NCBI GenBank assembly: GCA_964016885.1
Contig: OZ024740.1
Location: 399,838,001-399,902,000, forward strand
Length of the DNA stretch: 64,000 nt
Source of the DNA: Eledone cirrhosa
Taxonomy: Eukaryota
Reading direction: 5' to 3'
Shown here: positions 29,791-43,249 of the stretch, piece after piece
Position numbering within the stretch: the first letter of the stretch is position 1
Layout of the letters: each line of letters begins with the position of its first letter
Notes under the pieces: model-generated
What the model was told of the DNA's origin: nothing
The model's input: the letters and a program-made list of their open reading frames with translations, nothing else
Database searches by the model: none
Position numbers and translations under genes: made by a program

Positions 29791-30753
29791 CTAGCAGTAA
29801 AGCCCGGCGTTGCTCGGGGTCGCTCAGTAGCTGTGTTAAAGTTACAATGTTAAGTTTCTTTCTTGGCTTAAAAACTGTAGTGTCTACTGTGCAGACTTGC
29901 ATGTGGTGTTTTTGATTAATATTCCCTCAACCAACAATATGCCTTATGAAGTTAAGAAAACATAACGATAACCCGAATGTTATAACAAAAGAGGATGCTG
30001 GGGATAGAAACTGCACTGGTTATTTATTAACAAAGATCGAAAATGTAAACACTGCAACGCAGAGAAAAACATTAGCGTAACCAAATTATCAGTTATGTCT
30101 GTCTGCACGCCTATATCACCTCTCTGCACGACTGTCTGTCTGCACGCCTATATCACCTCTCTGCACGACTGTCTGTCTGCACGCCTATATCACCTCTCTG
30201 CACGACTGTCTGTCTGCACGCCTATATCACCTCTCTGCACGACTGTCTGTCTGCACGCGTATATCATCTCTCTGCACGACTATCTGTCTGCACGCCTAAC
30301 GACGAAATATTTGCTTGTTTTACGTAGTCTTTAAATAGACTTGTTTTCAAGTAAAAATATTGTTTTAAAATGCTTTTAAATGGAAATGAAGCAAAACGGA
30401 AGCTTAGTGTTCGAACTGATGAATTTTGCAGGTCAATATTTTGCTGGCTCGACAACTGTTCGTGTATTGTGTTAATGTCATTTTAAACGCTGAGAAAGCC
30501 AGCGTAATTTTTTACGTAAGACGCTCAATGTAAACAGAACAAAGGGAAATAACTGATCACTTACGCTCAAAAATCGATACATTATATTCAATTTCGTCAC
30601 ATAGGGTGGGTCAATTTGAAATATTTTTTTTCCGATGTCTTCGCTAGGGCTCAATGTATAGCAATTTCGGTGCAATTCCGTGAGAGATTCTAAGAGGAGA
30701 TGTGTGCCAAAAATCGATAGACAGACAGACAACCACAATTTTATATATATAGA
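29791..30753 (-). mobile_element. Non-autonomous Helitron-like element
   Basis: Minus strand begins TC(TATATATA), ends CTAG with subterminal hairpin CCCGAGC-aac-GCCGGG; inserted between A and T with no TSD; empty-site paralog near 35320. Confidence 0.8.
30096..30297. repeat. 37-bp tandem repeat, ~5.5 copies
   Basis: TGTCTGTCTGCACGCCTATATCACCTCTCTGCACGAC. Confidence 0.9.
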
Positions 30754-30865
30754 TGATAGAAAAACATATCCTATTATTTATATATCTATTTTATATATAT
30801 ATCTATTTTATATATCTATTAATTCAAAATATTAATAAATATAGACATTCATGTGATCAAATATA

Positions 30866-30927
30866 TTTTATTATATATATTTCAGAGGTACTGTGCTGTT
30901 TCATCAGTACGTCCTCATCAGATAAAA
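30866..30927 (-). ncRNA. Type I hammerhead ribozyme
   Basis: Minus strand TTTTAT-CTGATGA-GGAC-GTACTG..CAGTAC-CTCT-GAAA-TATATA-TA-ATAAAA. Confidence 0.8.
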
Positions 30928-31164
30928 TAAATTGATGTCTGACATACCTCAACTGTGCTGATGGTTCAATTCCAGTCTTGGCAGTCTGTATATATCTATA
31001 TATACATCACTGGTTGTTTAAAATACAGTAGCATCATTTTGCTTTATGAAATATGAGATAAGTAAGATTAATTATAAGTCTTGATAAAAAGACAAACAAG
31101 GCCAGCACTTAAAATTTGTATATCATATATATACATATACATATATATATATATATATATAACT

Positions 31165-32280
31165 GACTAATGGGAGGAGTGGATCTTACAAATCTTTCTA
31201 ACTTTGAGATTGGTTATAACACACACACATTTTATTTGATTATCTTATTTTATTCTTCTACCATCTTATTCTTTCTACCATTTTATCATTCTTTAACAAT
31301 TATTTGCTTATATTATCTTATTTTCATTTTCTATTTTCTTCACTTTATTGCCTTTTATTTCTTCATATGCTTGCCCCCCCCCCCACCACGGAAATGGTGA
31401 CAGGATGGATGCAAAACACACACAGATACTTCTAAAATCAGCAGCAGCAAGACCTAGGCTGACCGTAGCTCCAACACCACTACCAAAATAAGGGTAGAGG
31501 CCAGATGTACTTAACAATAGCAAAAACAAACACTAAAGATAGCCTCACCCCAGAAAGAATTTCTATAGATTTCTATAGAATGCTGACTGAGGAATGCTCT
31601 CACAACTGACCAATGGGATGCGTGGATCTTACAAATCTTTCTAACTTTGAGATTGGTTATAACACACGCACATTTTATTTGATTATCTTATTTTATTCTC
31701 TTACAATATTATTCCTTCTACCATTTTATCATTTTTACCATTTTATTATTTTTTTGAGCTGACTTCAACACCTACACCACTACCAACATAAGAGTAGAGG
31801 TCAGATGTACTTAACAATAACAAGAACAACCACTACAGATTGCCTCACCTCAGAACGAATTTCTATAGACTTTTGACTGAGGAATGTTCTCACAACTGAC
31901 CAATGGGAGGAGAGGATGTCCTCTGACGCTGAAATTCGTTTGTTTAAATTCATATGATTCCAGCTCCTCAGTGAAATAACAACCCAACCAGGAACTGGGA
32001 ATATCAGAGTATTGACAAAGTTAAACACCTCAACAACATGTGTACTCGTCTCTACCACACTAATTCGGACTGCCTGAAGAAGTCACAGCCAAAGATGGCT
32101 GTCACCGAAATATATATAGCAGTAATAAACGAAGCCAAATTTTAAATATTTGACTTATTTATTTTAGTCTATTTTAGTTTATTTTACATTACTCCGGAGT
32201 AACCAAACCAACCTGCGCACATCGTCGAGTGCTCCAATCTGCATACTGAGTTGTCGGTATACAACCAACATATACTCAAA

Positions 32281-32285
<5 letters not shown>
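31165..32285 (+). mobile_element. Solo PLE pLTR
   Basis: Homologous to 24280-25190, internal partial duplications, HHR near 3' end. Confidence 0.75.
32069..32123 (+). ncRNA. Type I hammerhead ribozyme
   Basis: Same family as 25089-25143. Confidence 0.85.
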
Positions 32286-32353
<68 letters not shown>

Positions 32354-32418
32354 GACTAAAATAGGGCTCGATAAGGACAAATATATATCAAATATATAAG
32401 AACCCTAGAGCAAATGTT

Positions 32419-32551
32419 TATTAAAATAACAGATTAAAGTTTAAGCAAGGAATCGCTGCTTTCACCCTTAACGGGATTTTCTGAAACAGATCTTCAGAAA
32501 ATCCCGTTAAGGGTGAAAGCAGCGATTCCTTGCTTAAACTTTAATCTGTTA

Positions 32552-32558
<7 letters not shown>
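32419..32558. repeat. Near-perfect hairpin containing part of a variant HHR (CAGAAGA core seen at 38938)
   Basis: ~64-bp arms around a short loop; related fragments at 10270-10330 and 38900-38980. Confidence 0.75.
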
Positions 32559-32626
<68 letters not shown>

Positions 32627-32638
32627 GTATACACAGAC

Positions 32639-32672
<34 letters not shown>

Positions 32673-33079
32673 GTATGTATGTACATTTTGAATATCGTAT
32701 GATACATGATATGTTTACAAATGAACATTTGAAAACCTTTAGCTTTGAATTTTAAAGGTGATGACTGGCGCCATCTATCTAGTTCCAGTCGGAGAAAGGG
32801 TAAGTTACCAACAGCTGAGAATCAGACAATGAAAGCCAAAAAACAGATCTCGTATGAATAAAAGTATTTTAAAACATATTTCGCATTTTTGTCTTACTTT
32901 TAACTGTGATTCATGAATTCTAAAAACAATTTAGAACATATTTGTAAGTTGTTGCGTTTGTATATAACAGAGGGATAAAATATACATATATGAACTTAGA
33001 TTATCCTATCATTTAGTAACAAACTCTCCATTTATGGATATTTGAAATATACAAGGAACAAGCAGGTGAGGTAACTACA

Positions 33080-33196
33080 ATAATTGTTTCTACTTTTGGC
33101 ACAAGGCCAGCAATTATCCTAGTGTATTACTGGTACTTTGTTTTATCGACCCCGTAAGGATGAAAGGCAAAGTTAACCTCGGCGGAATTTGAACTC
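33080..33196 (-). mobile_element. Truncated SINE
   Basis: SINE core reverse complement. Confidence 0.8.
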
Positions 33197-34048
33197 TCCA
33201 ATTTATTTTAAAACAATTACAATACATTTAGAATTGAATTTTATCTTTAAAGCCTACTGATGAAGGCATCAGTCATATTTCGATCTTGGTAGATCCCTCT
33301 CAGTTGGCTACAGCAGTACATTCAGAAATAGAGGGAAAATAGTGAATAGTGACGTTGATTTTGAATATCAACAATAGAGCTAAGGGAAATACCTTTTGGA
33401 AGCGCTCTGTGTGATAAATGCGTATATGGTTGAGTAACATATGCGGAATATAGTGAATGTTAAACTTCGATTGAGATTAAAAATTAAAATATCGAAAGTG
33501 TAACACGTATACCCCGCACTATAGTGCAATTACATCGCATATTGTTGCGTAATTTGCTATTGGATTATTTGATAGACTCTTTGATAGTTCGGCATCAAAG
33601 TGCAACTATCTTCCAAAAATCATTACTAAAATCTGATGAAATATGTATGAAACAAAATACACATTCATTAAAAAGATGACAGCAAAGTCATTATAAGAAC
33701 AAGGACAACAACGAAGTATACAAAAGATAAAAATTATTAATGATTTATTTATAGAGTGAGAAGAAAATGTATTATATTATTTATATACATCAGTGATTGT
33801 TTAAAATACAGTAGCATCATGTTGCTTTATGAAATATGAGATTAGTAAGATTAATTATAAGTCTTAATAAATACATAAATGAATAAGTAAATAATGACTG
33901 TAGATGTTTAATTTCAAATTAATTATTTATCAGCAATGACAGTCAAATGGCAAAGAAAGAGTACGAAGTAAGCTCACCATTATCTGAATATATGATCTGG
34001 GTTCGATTCTGGTATATTCTTTATACATCCATTTATTTTTTATATAAA

Positions 34049-34260
34049 AGGTGGATTGGCAGCATTAGTAGAAGGTCAGTTAAAATGTCACTGCGGTATT
34101 TGATCTTGCTCTTTATAGTTTGAGTTCAAATCCCACCAAGGTCAACTTTGCTTTTCATCTTTTCGGGATCGATAAAATAAAGTGGCAATGAAGTACTGGG
34201 TTGATTTAATCAAATTTGTTCTTTCCCTAATTTTACTGGCCTAAAGTAGTTATCAATTAT
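34049..34260 (+). mobile_element. Diverged SINE
   Basis: GGTGGATTGGCAG..GAGTTCAAATCCC..GATCGATAAAATAAAG. Confidence 0.7.
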
Positions 34261-34269
34261 TTGTATGAG

Positions 34270-34374
34270 CACATACAGGTGCACACTCACACATACAGGT
34301 GCACACTCACACATACAGGTGCACACTCACACATACAGGTGCACACTCACACATACAGGTGCACACTCACACAT
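34270..34374. repeat. 20-bp tandem repeat x5
   Basis: CACATACAGGTGCACACTCA. Confidence 0.9.
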
Positions 34375-34987
34375 ATTACATATGTATGTGTTTGTGATTC
34401 TCTGTGTCCATATTTGACATTTAATTTGGATCAAAACTGGCTTCATTTAAAATACCAGTTAAAAACTGGGGTAGATATAATTACTGGAGCAGAGGCACAA
34501 TTGAAATTAGCTGCGTTTAAATCTTACTCTGATCAACGGATGTACCAATATCGAATCCAAATTTAAGTCACAGAGAACTTAATGTTTATTTTGTCTATGT
34601 ATTTTGACTGTCATTGCTAAAGTATTTAGTTGGACCTTCGTCAGTTCCAACCACAGATGTTCTAGTAGTTCGAATAACAGTATGCTCATGAAATTTACTG
34701 ACATTTCACATTCGTGTGCAACATTAAGGTAAATTTCAGAGTAATCTATCATGGCTCAGTGTATGACAAACTGGCCCATTGAATTACCAATAAAACTCAT
34801 TTTTAATAGCTGAGTAGTTTAGAAAAACGAACAAATAAAATGTCTTACTCAAAGACAATGCGTCGTAGGAAATCAAACTCGCGACCCTACCATCACGAGC
34901 TGAACACCTTAACCACTAAACCATACACATTCACTGATAAATAATTATTTCTAAATTAAACATCTACAATAATTATTAATTCATTAG

Positions 34988-35196
34988 AGTGCTGGATTGG
35001 CAGTATTGCTAGAGGGTGGGACAAAATATTTTGCGGTATATAGTTACGACTCAACTCTCTGAGTTAAAATCCTGACTTTGCCTTTCATCCCTCCGGAGTC
35101 GATAAAATAAAGTACCTGTCAAATACTGGGGTCGATATAACCAACTTTCTCCACCCCTAAATTGTTGACCTTGTGGCTAAATTAGAAATCATTATT
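34988..35196 (+). mobile_element. Diverged SINE
   Basis: SINE head and core. Confidence 0.7.
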
Positions 35197-35707
35197 TATT
35201 TATGTGTGTCATTATTAAGACTTATAATTAATCTTACTTATCTCATATTTCATAAAACAAAATGATGCTACTGTATTTTAAACAGTGATGTATATAGATA
35301 AATAATAAAAAACGTTTTTCTATCATTTTCTATGAATACATTATTAATAATTTCATCTCCCTCTATTTCGATGTCGTTCTTGTTCTTATAATGTCTTTGT
35401 TGTCATCTTAATGAATGTACATTTTGATTCACACATACTCTATCAGGTTGGAGTAATGTACTTTGTAAGATAGTTGCAAATATTTAGAACAATGTGTTGT
35501 CAAACTAATTATCAAAGGATCAAACTCAATGTTTCTCAACCATTTTTGCTCAAATGTGCCATACTCCCCCCTCTCTCTCTCCAGATTTAATAGAGACCCT
35601 TTTCGTCATGTATTGTACGACTTAGAAGTCGTACATCTAATTCTATACACGTAAGTTTTGTTTTGTTTTCGTCTTAATACTCCAAGGACACACACACACA
35701 CACCTAC

Positions 35708-35765
<58 letters not shown>

Positions 35766-36119
35766 GACATACTTTCGTAAAGAGCCCTAATTTAAGTCTT
35801 GTTTGAATATTATTGGTTGCATTGCTACACGAAACCAGCATGAAGTTTGGGTATCGATATAAAGCAATTTTGAGTTTTCTCTTTCCCCAGCTTTACACAC
35901 ACAATCACACACACGTGTGTGTGTGATTGTGTGTGTATGTATAAATATATATATATTGTGCGTATGTTTGTGAGTGAGTATTAGTATATCTCTTATTTCA
36001 TTATATCGAATACTGTATTCATTCGAAACGATGAGTGAGACCATTTAAATGTTACTGTCTTTAAAAATGTGAGCTTATTGCATACTGACGTCCAGACAAT
36101 TAAAAATAACTATTCAAAA

Positions 36120-36338
36120 ATAATGGTTCCTTATATAGGCACAGGACCAGCAATTTTGGGGGAGAGGAAAGTCGATTAAATCGACCACAGTGTGTGACTG
36201 CTACCTTATTTTATCGATCCCGTAAGGATGAAAAGCAAAGTTAACCTCGGCAGGATTTGAACTCAGATCATAAAGGGCTGTAACTGTATGCTGCAAAGCA
36301 TGGCGTCCGACCCTCTACCGATACTGCCAATCCACGTC
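36120..36338 (-). mobile_element. SINE with TSD
   Basis: Flanked by ATAACTATTCAAAAATAATG on both sides. Confidence 0.85.
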
Positions 36339-36393
36339 ATAACTATTCAAAAATAATGAAAATGATGGAAATCATTTAATTATAATTCAGTAT

Positions 36394-36587
36394 CAGACCT
36401 GTCAACTCTCCCCGTCCGACAGGGAGATTTCCCACCCACTTTGGGGTGGGTTAGCGAATTTTCTCTTGTGAAAATGTGTATAGCTTTCATGATGTAAAAT
36501 CTCCCCATTTCGCCTCATTTCTCCCCGTTTTGGGGCACTTTTTTTCATGGTACTCCCCGTTTGGGTTTTTAGAGGTTGGCAGGTCTG
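36394..36587. mobile_element. MITE (non-autonomous DNA transposon)
   Basis: TIRs CAGACCTGTCAAC / GTTGGCAGGTCTG, 6-bp TSD CAGTAT; second copy 52077-52247. Confidence 0.8.
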
Positions 36588-36975
36588 CAGTATATTGAAA
36601 AAGGGTGTAAGGTGAGTATCTGATGCGAAAACACGGAGAACCAACAAATATATAACATCTCACCTCAAAAGTTACCTCCATTTAATCCAGTAATATGAAA
36701 TCCCCGTTAAGAACATTTTACCACTGTCAGCCGGCAGGTCAAAGTATTTTAAAACTCTAGTGAAAAAATATTTCAAGTCATGCTCTTACATGTAGAGATA
36801 TGTGGTTACTTATATGTGTATCTAGGTATGCGTGTGTTTGTGTGCGTGCATGAGTGTGTGACTACACGTGTATAATTGTATACAAGTATATAAAGTTTTA
36901 GTTAGAATAGAATATATATATATATATATAGTGACGAAACATAAGTCAATTGCATGAACTCATAATCCTTTATTT

Positions 36976-37031
36976 ACTGCTATATATATTTCGATGATAG
37001 CCATTGAATGGCTATGACCTCATCAGGCAGT
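36976..37031 (-). ncRNA. Type I hammerhead ribozyme in 3' pLTR of the PLE at 38144
   Basis: Minus strand ACTGC-CTGATGA-GGTC-ATAGCCA-ttcaa-TGGCTAT-CATC-GAAA-TATATA-TA-GCAGT. Confidence 0.85.
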
Positions 37032-38143
37032 TAGTCAGTTCTTAGATATGCCAGCTCTGTGTTTATAGTGTTGATGGTATCAGAGCCTTGGGACATATGA
37101 GCTCCTTAGGAATAAATTAATGTTGTCAGCAGGAATAGTCTTAATTCTCATTGGTCAGTTTGTAGATGGTAGTAGGGTTAGTATTTGACCTCAAAGAGGC
37201 AGGTGGTTTTGTAAAGTTCAAACCGTCAGGCAAGATGACAATAGTTCCATATGACTGATTTTCACAAAAGGCATTCCTGGTCAGATATATATTCAATTAA
37301 GGTTAATAGTATGAAATAGAAGCTACAGGTCATTCTTAAATTGAGGAATTTATATGGAGTGGTGCTACTGAAAGTTATGGTTGGAGTAGAAAATTTACAA
37401 ATAAAAAGACTTATGTAGGTTGGCTTGCACTACACTCACACCCATCTCCACATACACACACATACATCCACACATACAAAATGTGGGGTGGCTATACTTA
37501 ATATAATGGTTAGAATCCAATACTTAGTTAGTTTAGAAAGTTTAGAAATAAAAGGTTTATGCTGGTTGACTTGTACATACACTCACACCTACCACCTCAG
37601 ACACTCGCACATCTACACACACAAATCCATACAGGTGTGCATATATATACACGTATGCATGTATGTACGCACAAGCATACATATATATATATATAAAATA
37701 TATACATATATACACAGAACATACATATATATAAAATATATACATATAAAAATATAAAAAATATATATATACATAAAATACACACATACATAAAATATAT
37801 ACACACATAAACCATACATACATATATATATATATATAATACACACACATATACATATACATATAAAATATATACATACATATACATACATATATATAAA
37901 GTACACATATACACATAAAATATACATAAATATACACGATACATACATACATATATATATAAAATCAAGTTCAATAAAACGTGGTTTAGATGACTCCTAA
38001 CCAGTAGAGGATCCGGTGGACCATCCAACATAGGGACCACAAACTATGGGTGGTTGTTGTTGTCCAATGGTCATTGGTACGGGGTGTAGGGGACATACAT
38101 GGGGGGGGGGGGGGGCGTTGTGGGAGGCCGTAACCGGGGTTTA

Positions 38144-38865
38144 TCAATATAGCTTGAGGAAAGTTCCCGTCCTTAGGTGTCTGTAGACACCGAATAAGTC
38201 GGCCCTTCTGTTTAATAGCTTGGTTCCGCCATGAAGAATCTCGAGTGTCTCACTAAGACAGAGGTTGCAAATACCAGACCCGCCTCTGTCTGGGGGAACC
38301 TTTCTAACCACGGACCAGACCAGACAGTGCGGAGTCTTTTCAAGTTTGAGCTTCCAGATCAATTCAGAAAGGGCCGTACATTTCCTCTTATCTATTCTGT
38401 TAAAGGAATGGCGATGGTTATACCACCGATCTTTGAAGCTCGTCGCTGAGGATCCTATGTCGTGGTGCTCCGAGTTAGGGGTTGTGACCTTGCACCTGTA
38501 GACCACGTTTTTCGTCATGCATTCATTACTAAGGGGGCGTAGTGATGGGTCTCTTCAATTACATGACTTCTTAAGCCCCACCACATGTACCGCGTGGTTA
38601 CCATCACTCGGGGTTGGCTGGGTAGCCGCCATAATCAGCACAGGGTCGTTGGGTTCCGTCGTGCTAGTTGGACCTGTCCGGGTTCCGTTGCGTCCCGCGT
38701 GCTGGTTCTGTTGGGTGGCTCCGGGGTTTACGGTGGTATTAGAGGCAGTGAGCCTATTCCTATTTATGCCAGCCATCTGCTGGGGTACGGAGCGTGTAGT
38801 TGAGTAGGAAAGTTTCACCGTGTGCCTGTTGAATATTTTATGGTACTTGTGGGCCCTAGGGAAAC
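38144..38865 (-). pseudogene. PLE linker + GIY-YIG endonuclease fragment
   Basis: HKYHKIFNRHTVKLSYS..SCN(TGA)RDPSLRPLSNEC..VVY..DIG..FKDRWYNH..CNLCLSE; ORFs 38555-38818 and 38144-38518 are in the same frame. Confidence 0.85.
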
Positions 38866-38979
38866 ATATATATATATATATAGTAATAATAATAAATGTG
38901 AAGACAAAAATCCGAAGAGGGCTCGATTTTTTTGTTTCAGAAGATCCCGTTAAGGGTGAAACTTTAATCTGTTATTTTA

Positions 38980-39012
<33 letters not shown>

Positions 39013-41299
39013 AGTATGTGTGTGTATGTGTGTGTGTGAGTGAGTGTGTGTCTGTGTGTATGTATATATATGCCTACATACACAAAAACAAATATGAGTT
39101 TACTTCAGAGCATGCACATAATATAGATTAAGTATCTAGTAGATGCTAGCATTTATTACAAAGAAAGAAAGAAAGAATAACGACTAAACAAAAGAATAAT
39201 GTCATTTGAGTAATACGCATAATATGTAAATTTCCCGACAAGACGAATCCACATAATTTCTGATCCCAGTTATATTCGTTTCATTTTATTCCACTTTATT
39301 AAATCGTTACCTAATATCCTTTCACCTATTCTATAAATATGAGATATTCTCTAATGTAAGAAATCAGTAGAAGGCAATTCTTAAAGTGTATATAAAATAG
39401 TGTTAAAAAGACAGTTACTTTTCTCAAATCTCAAATATTTAAACGAACAAAAAGATATTGTTGGATATAATGCCAGCGTTGTCTATTATCAGTCACATCC
39501 TCAGAAAACAGGGGTTTATGTTTCTCACATTTAGGTGTTGACTGAGTCAATGCAGGATTTACAATATGGAATTTGAACTCATGGTTCGTTATACCTTAAA
39601 CTATTAACACAATGACTGTTAAAATGTGTTCAAAGAATGTTTGGGGTTGTTTTAGGAGGAAGAGGAGGAGGTATGGAAAGGGATAAAGGTAGTTGTGTGA
39701 CGTGGATTTGAAAAGAACAGTTAATTGTTGTGTTTGTTAGTTTTAGAGCTCAGGAAATATAAAATGTAAATTCCATCGTAAGTTGGCAAGTGTACGAAGA
39801 AGAAGAAGAAGAAGTGGTAATAGTAGTAGTAGATGTAGTTGGGGTGTTTTAGTGAGTGAAGGAAAGAACATCAACAACGAGAACAACTATGACAACAGAA
39901 ATAGTATAAAAAGCCACAACCACATTAGCAACTGCCTACAACTACAGCAACATACCCCCCCCCCAAAAAAAAAGAGACAAAACAAACAAAACAAAAACAA
40001 CGAAAACAACCAAAAATAACAGAAACAAAACAAAAAAAAGCAATAAGAATTAGATGAAGAACAACAGAAAACAACAAAACATTAATGTGCAACAATAGCA
40101 GTAACAACAACACCATTGCAATAACAACAATAACAATGATAACAACATAAGTCAGCTGTTTATTAGTATTAACGAAGTAACACAATTCTACTTGAGCCGT
40201 GCTTGATCTAAGCCTATTTCCTTCATAATATAACTTATTGACAGAGCTGTCAAGTTGAGACGAATTTTATGCAGATAATTCGTTAAAAACTGAAAATGTC
40301 TTCATTACTATCAGGTCAGCAGGTACATTGTTTCTTGATTGTTTTCTTAAAAACAGATTCGGAATGGTAGTGGCGGTTGTGGTGCTAAGATAACTCTTTA
40401 CTGACATACGCACCTACATTCATGTCTTCTCTCATTTTCACCACCAAAAAAGTATTCCTCTCGTTCTCACTCGCACCCCTTCTCCACTTGTCTTCCTCAT
40501 GTTTATCAGTCGTTCACTCATTCATTCTCCTCTTTTGTGTATTTTGATCCACACTCTCTATTTCTCACTCCTTTTTTTCTATTCCTTTCCTTCATCTAAC
40601 CTCACCGTGTCTTACGTTTAGACATTAACTAAAGCAAGCAACGTAAGCTAAAGTACAGGTAAAAGATATATTACATAGCAAATACACATGCATGCACATA
40701 TACATAGATCATAAAACAATTTCATAGAATTTAGAGTTCATATACCACTACTGTCGAGGCATCATAATCTTGGATGAAAGATAACTACGCTGATTTCCCC
40801 AGTCTTACTGGGCCTGCAAAAACCATGGGCACGACCCCTTCCCCCAGAGTAAAGTAATAAAATACGACTTTACCTTTCGTAGAAAACTCTGATACAAGTA
40901 TTGCTACAAATATACATTGATACAAATATACTGGGAAAAGTTATATTGCATTAAATTACCACCTTAGCCAGTTGTCTTTAATTTTAAAAACACTTAATTC
41001 TTTCATGAATCTCAAGGATCAATGCATTTGTTTCTACATTCCAGTTTCCGTAGCTTTAAACAAACGAGTGGATAGTTTCCTTGTGGATAAGATTCTAACA
41101 TATTGCAAATAATTTCCAATGTGAAATCTTTGCATCTATTTTCTCTTTTATTTATTTTTAAACAATTAAGTTTTCTGTTCAGAAGCAAAAAGCGTGGCAT
41201 ACATTTTATCACTAAAACTAAGATTTGTTATTTAAATACTTTAACCATTCAACCAATTCACCTTCTCATGGATTGAACGCTACAAACGACAAAGTATTA

Positions 41300-41705
41300 T
41301 TGGATTGGCAGTATCGGTAGAGGGTCGGACGCCATGCTTTGCAGCATAGTTACGTCTCTTTACGGTCTGAGTTCAAATCCCGTCGAGGTTAACTTTGCCT
41401 TTCATCCTTACGGGGTCGATAAAATAAAGTACCAGTAATACACTCGGATAATTGCTGGCCTTGTGCCTAAAGTAGAAACAATTATTTGTTTAATAGGGTG
41501 GTGGATTGGCAGTATCGGTCGAGGGTCGGACGCCATGCTTTGCAGCCCTTTATGGTTTGAGTTCAAATCACGCCGAGGTTAACTTTGCCTCAAATCCTTA
41601 CGGGGTCGATAAAATAAAGTATCAGTCATGCACTGGGGTCGATTTAATCGACTTCTCCTCCCCCAAAATATGCTAGCCTTGTGCCTATATAAGAAACAAT
41701 TATTT
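41300..41705 (+). mobile_element. Two tandem SINE copies
   Basis: 41300-41485 and 41496-41703; second flanked by TTTGTTTAATA duplication. Confidence 0.85.
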
Positions 41706-41805
41706 GTTTAATATTCATAAGAAATTGACAGAACGTATTAAAGTTAGATTCCGTCAACAGTGTTCCTCTACGCGAATTGTTCTAAAGTGTACATAAAAAG
41801 AAACT

Positions 41806-41998
41806 AATAATTGTTTCTACTTTTGACACCAGGCCATCAATTACCCAGTACGTTACTGGTACTTTATTTTATCGACCCCGTAGGGATGAAAGGCAAAGTT
41901 AACCTCGGTGGGATTTGAACTCAGTCCGTAAAGGGACGTAACTCTGTGCCGCAAAGCATGGCGTCCGACCCTCTATCGATACTGCCAATCCACAACCC
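41806..41998 (-). mobile_element. SINE with TSD
   Basis: TAAAAAGAAACTAATAAT at both ends. Confidence 0.85.
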
Positions 41999-43249
41999 TA
42001 AAAAGAAACTAATAATACTAGCTGTGATAGTGACTAACGTCCCGAGATAAACTTTTGCTGAACTGATTTTTCTGTACAGTTTCGATTCTTTACTTGAACT
42101 ATTTCGCTTCATTTGCGTCACTTATGGTCTTGAATAAATATGACTGATACACAATCCATTTATCACTTCTTGTCTAAACATCTGTAGTCGTGTGTTTGTA
42201 TGAAGAAAAATTAGTGTTTGATTATAAGCTGTATATTATTCCTCTGTCTTTTTGCACCTCTTTCTTTCTCTAAGTTTAAGTTGATGTCTGTGATATTTGA
42301 ACACTGAATCTTCATTCTAAAGGAATGCGAACTGTAAATTATTTATTGATTGTGTATTTTCCTATTGTTTTAGAAACGAACAAACAAATTAAATTCAATT
42401 TCGTGTCTGTTAATAGTTTCGTTTCGTCTTATTTTTTATTATTCCCTAGCGTAGGTAATAATTATGATGAGTATTCAATTATTTCAAACTTTCATAGCAA
42501 TACTTTATTTTAACTAATTAGTTCTTTAGATCTTCACATCTTTACAACTTTAAAACCCGGATCATTTTTTTTTCATTACCTCAGGAAAAACAACTTTCTT
42601 AAGATGAAAGTGTTTTGTTTCATTTTTTCTTTCATGCGAAACTCTTACTTCAATTATGCTGTATATTACTATTTTTATTCTGTATAATATATATTGAAAA
42701 TAAGTCTTTGATGACTGAATCAATAGCGAGCTCCATTGGTTCGTTTCCAGTCACTGGCGTAGTGGCAAAAACAATGTTTTCAAATATGGAATATATATAT
42801 AGGATATAATGGGGGGGGGGGGGGATTTGGACAATTTAGTTGTAGTGATTCATTTAGCTCTTTGTACTCTAAAATGGCCAGAAAACATTGATATGCGATA
42901 AACATAACTTATACATAAATTGTAGTGCGTATCCAAACAGATGTTTTGGTAGTTTTGGGAGAAAATATAATTATTGGAGGGTTACATCCCCTCCTCTCTC
43001 CACACACACCAGATCCACCACCACTGTATATATATGATTAAAAAACATTATGCTCTGTGCCCTTTCTTAAGGGATTAATATATCGAGCTTCTTCGCATTT
43101 GGTAAGAAACTGATACACACACACACCTATGTATGTATGTATGTATGTATGTATGTATGTATGTATGTATATTTATACATACATGGTGGCTGCCAACTCG
43201 TTTTCGAGTACGGCAACTACTTTATATCCATGTATATGTATACTGATGC

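Noticed and set aside
30096-30297. 37-bp repeats resembling a CRISPR repeat length
   Set aside because: Head-to-tail with no spacers, eukaryotic context, no cas genes
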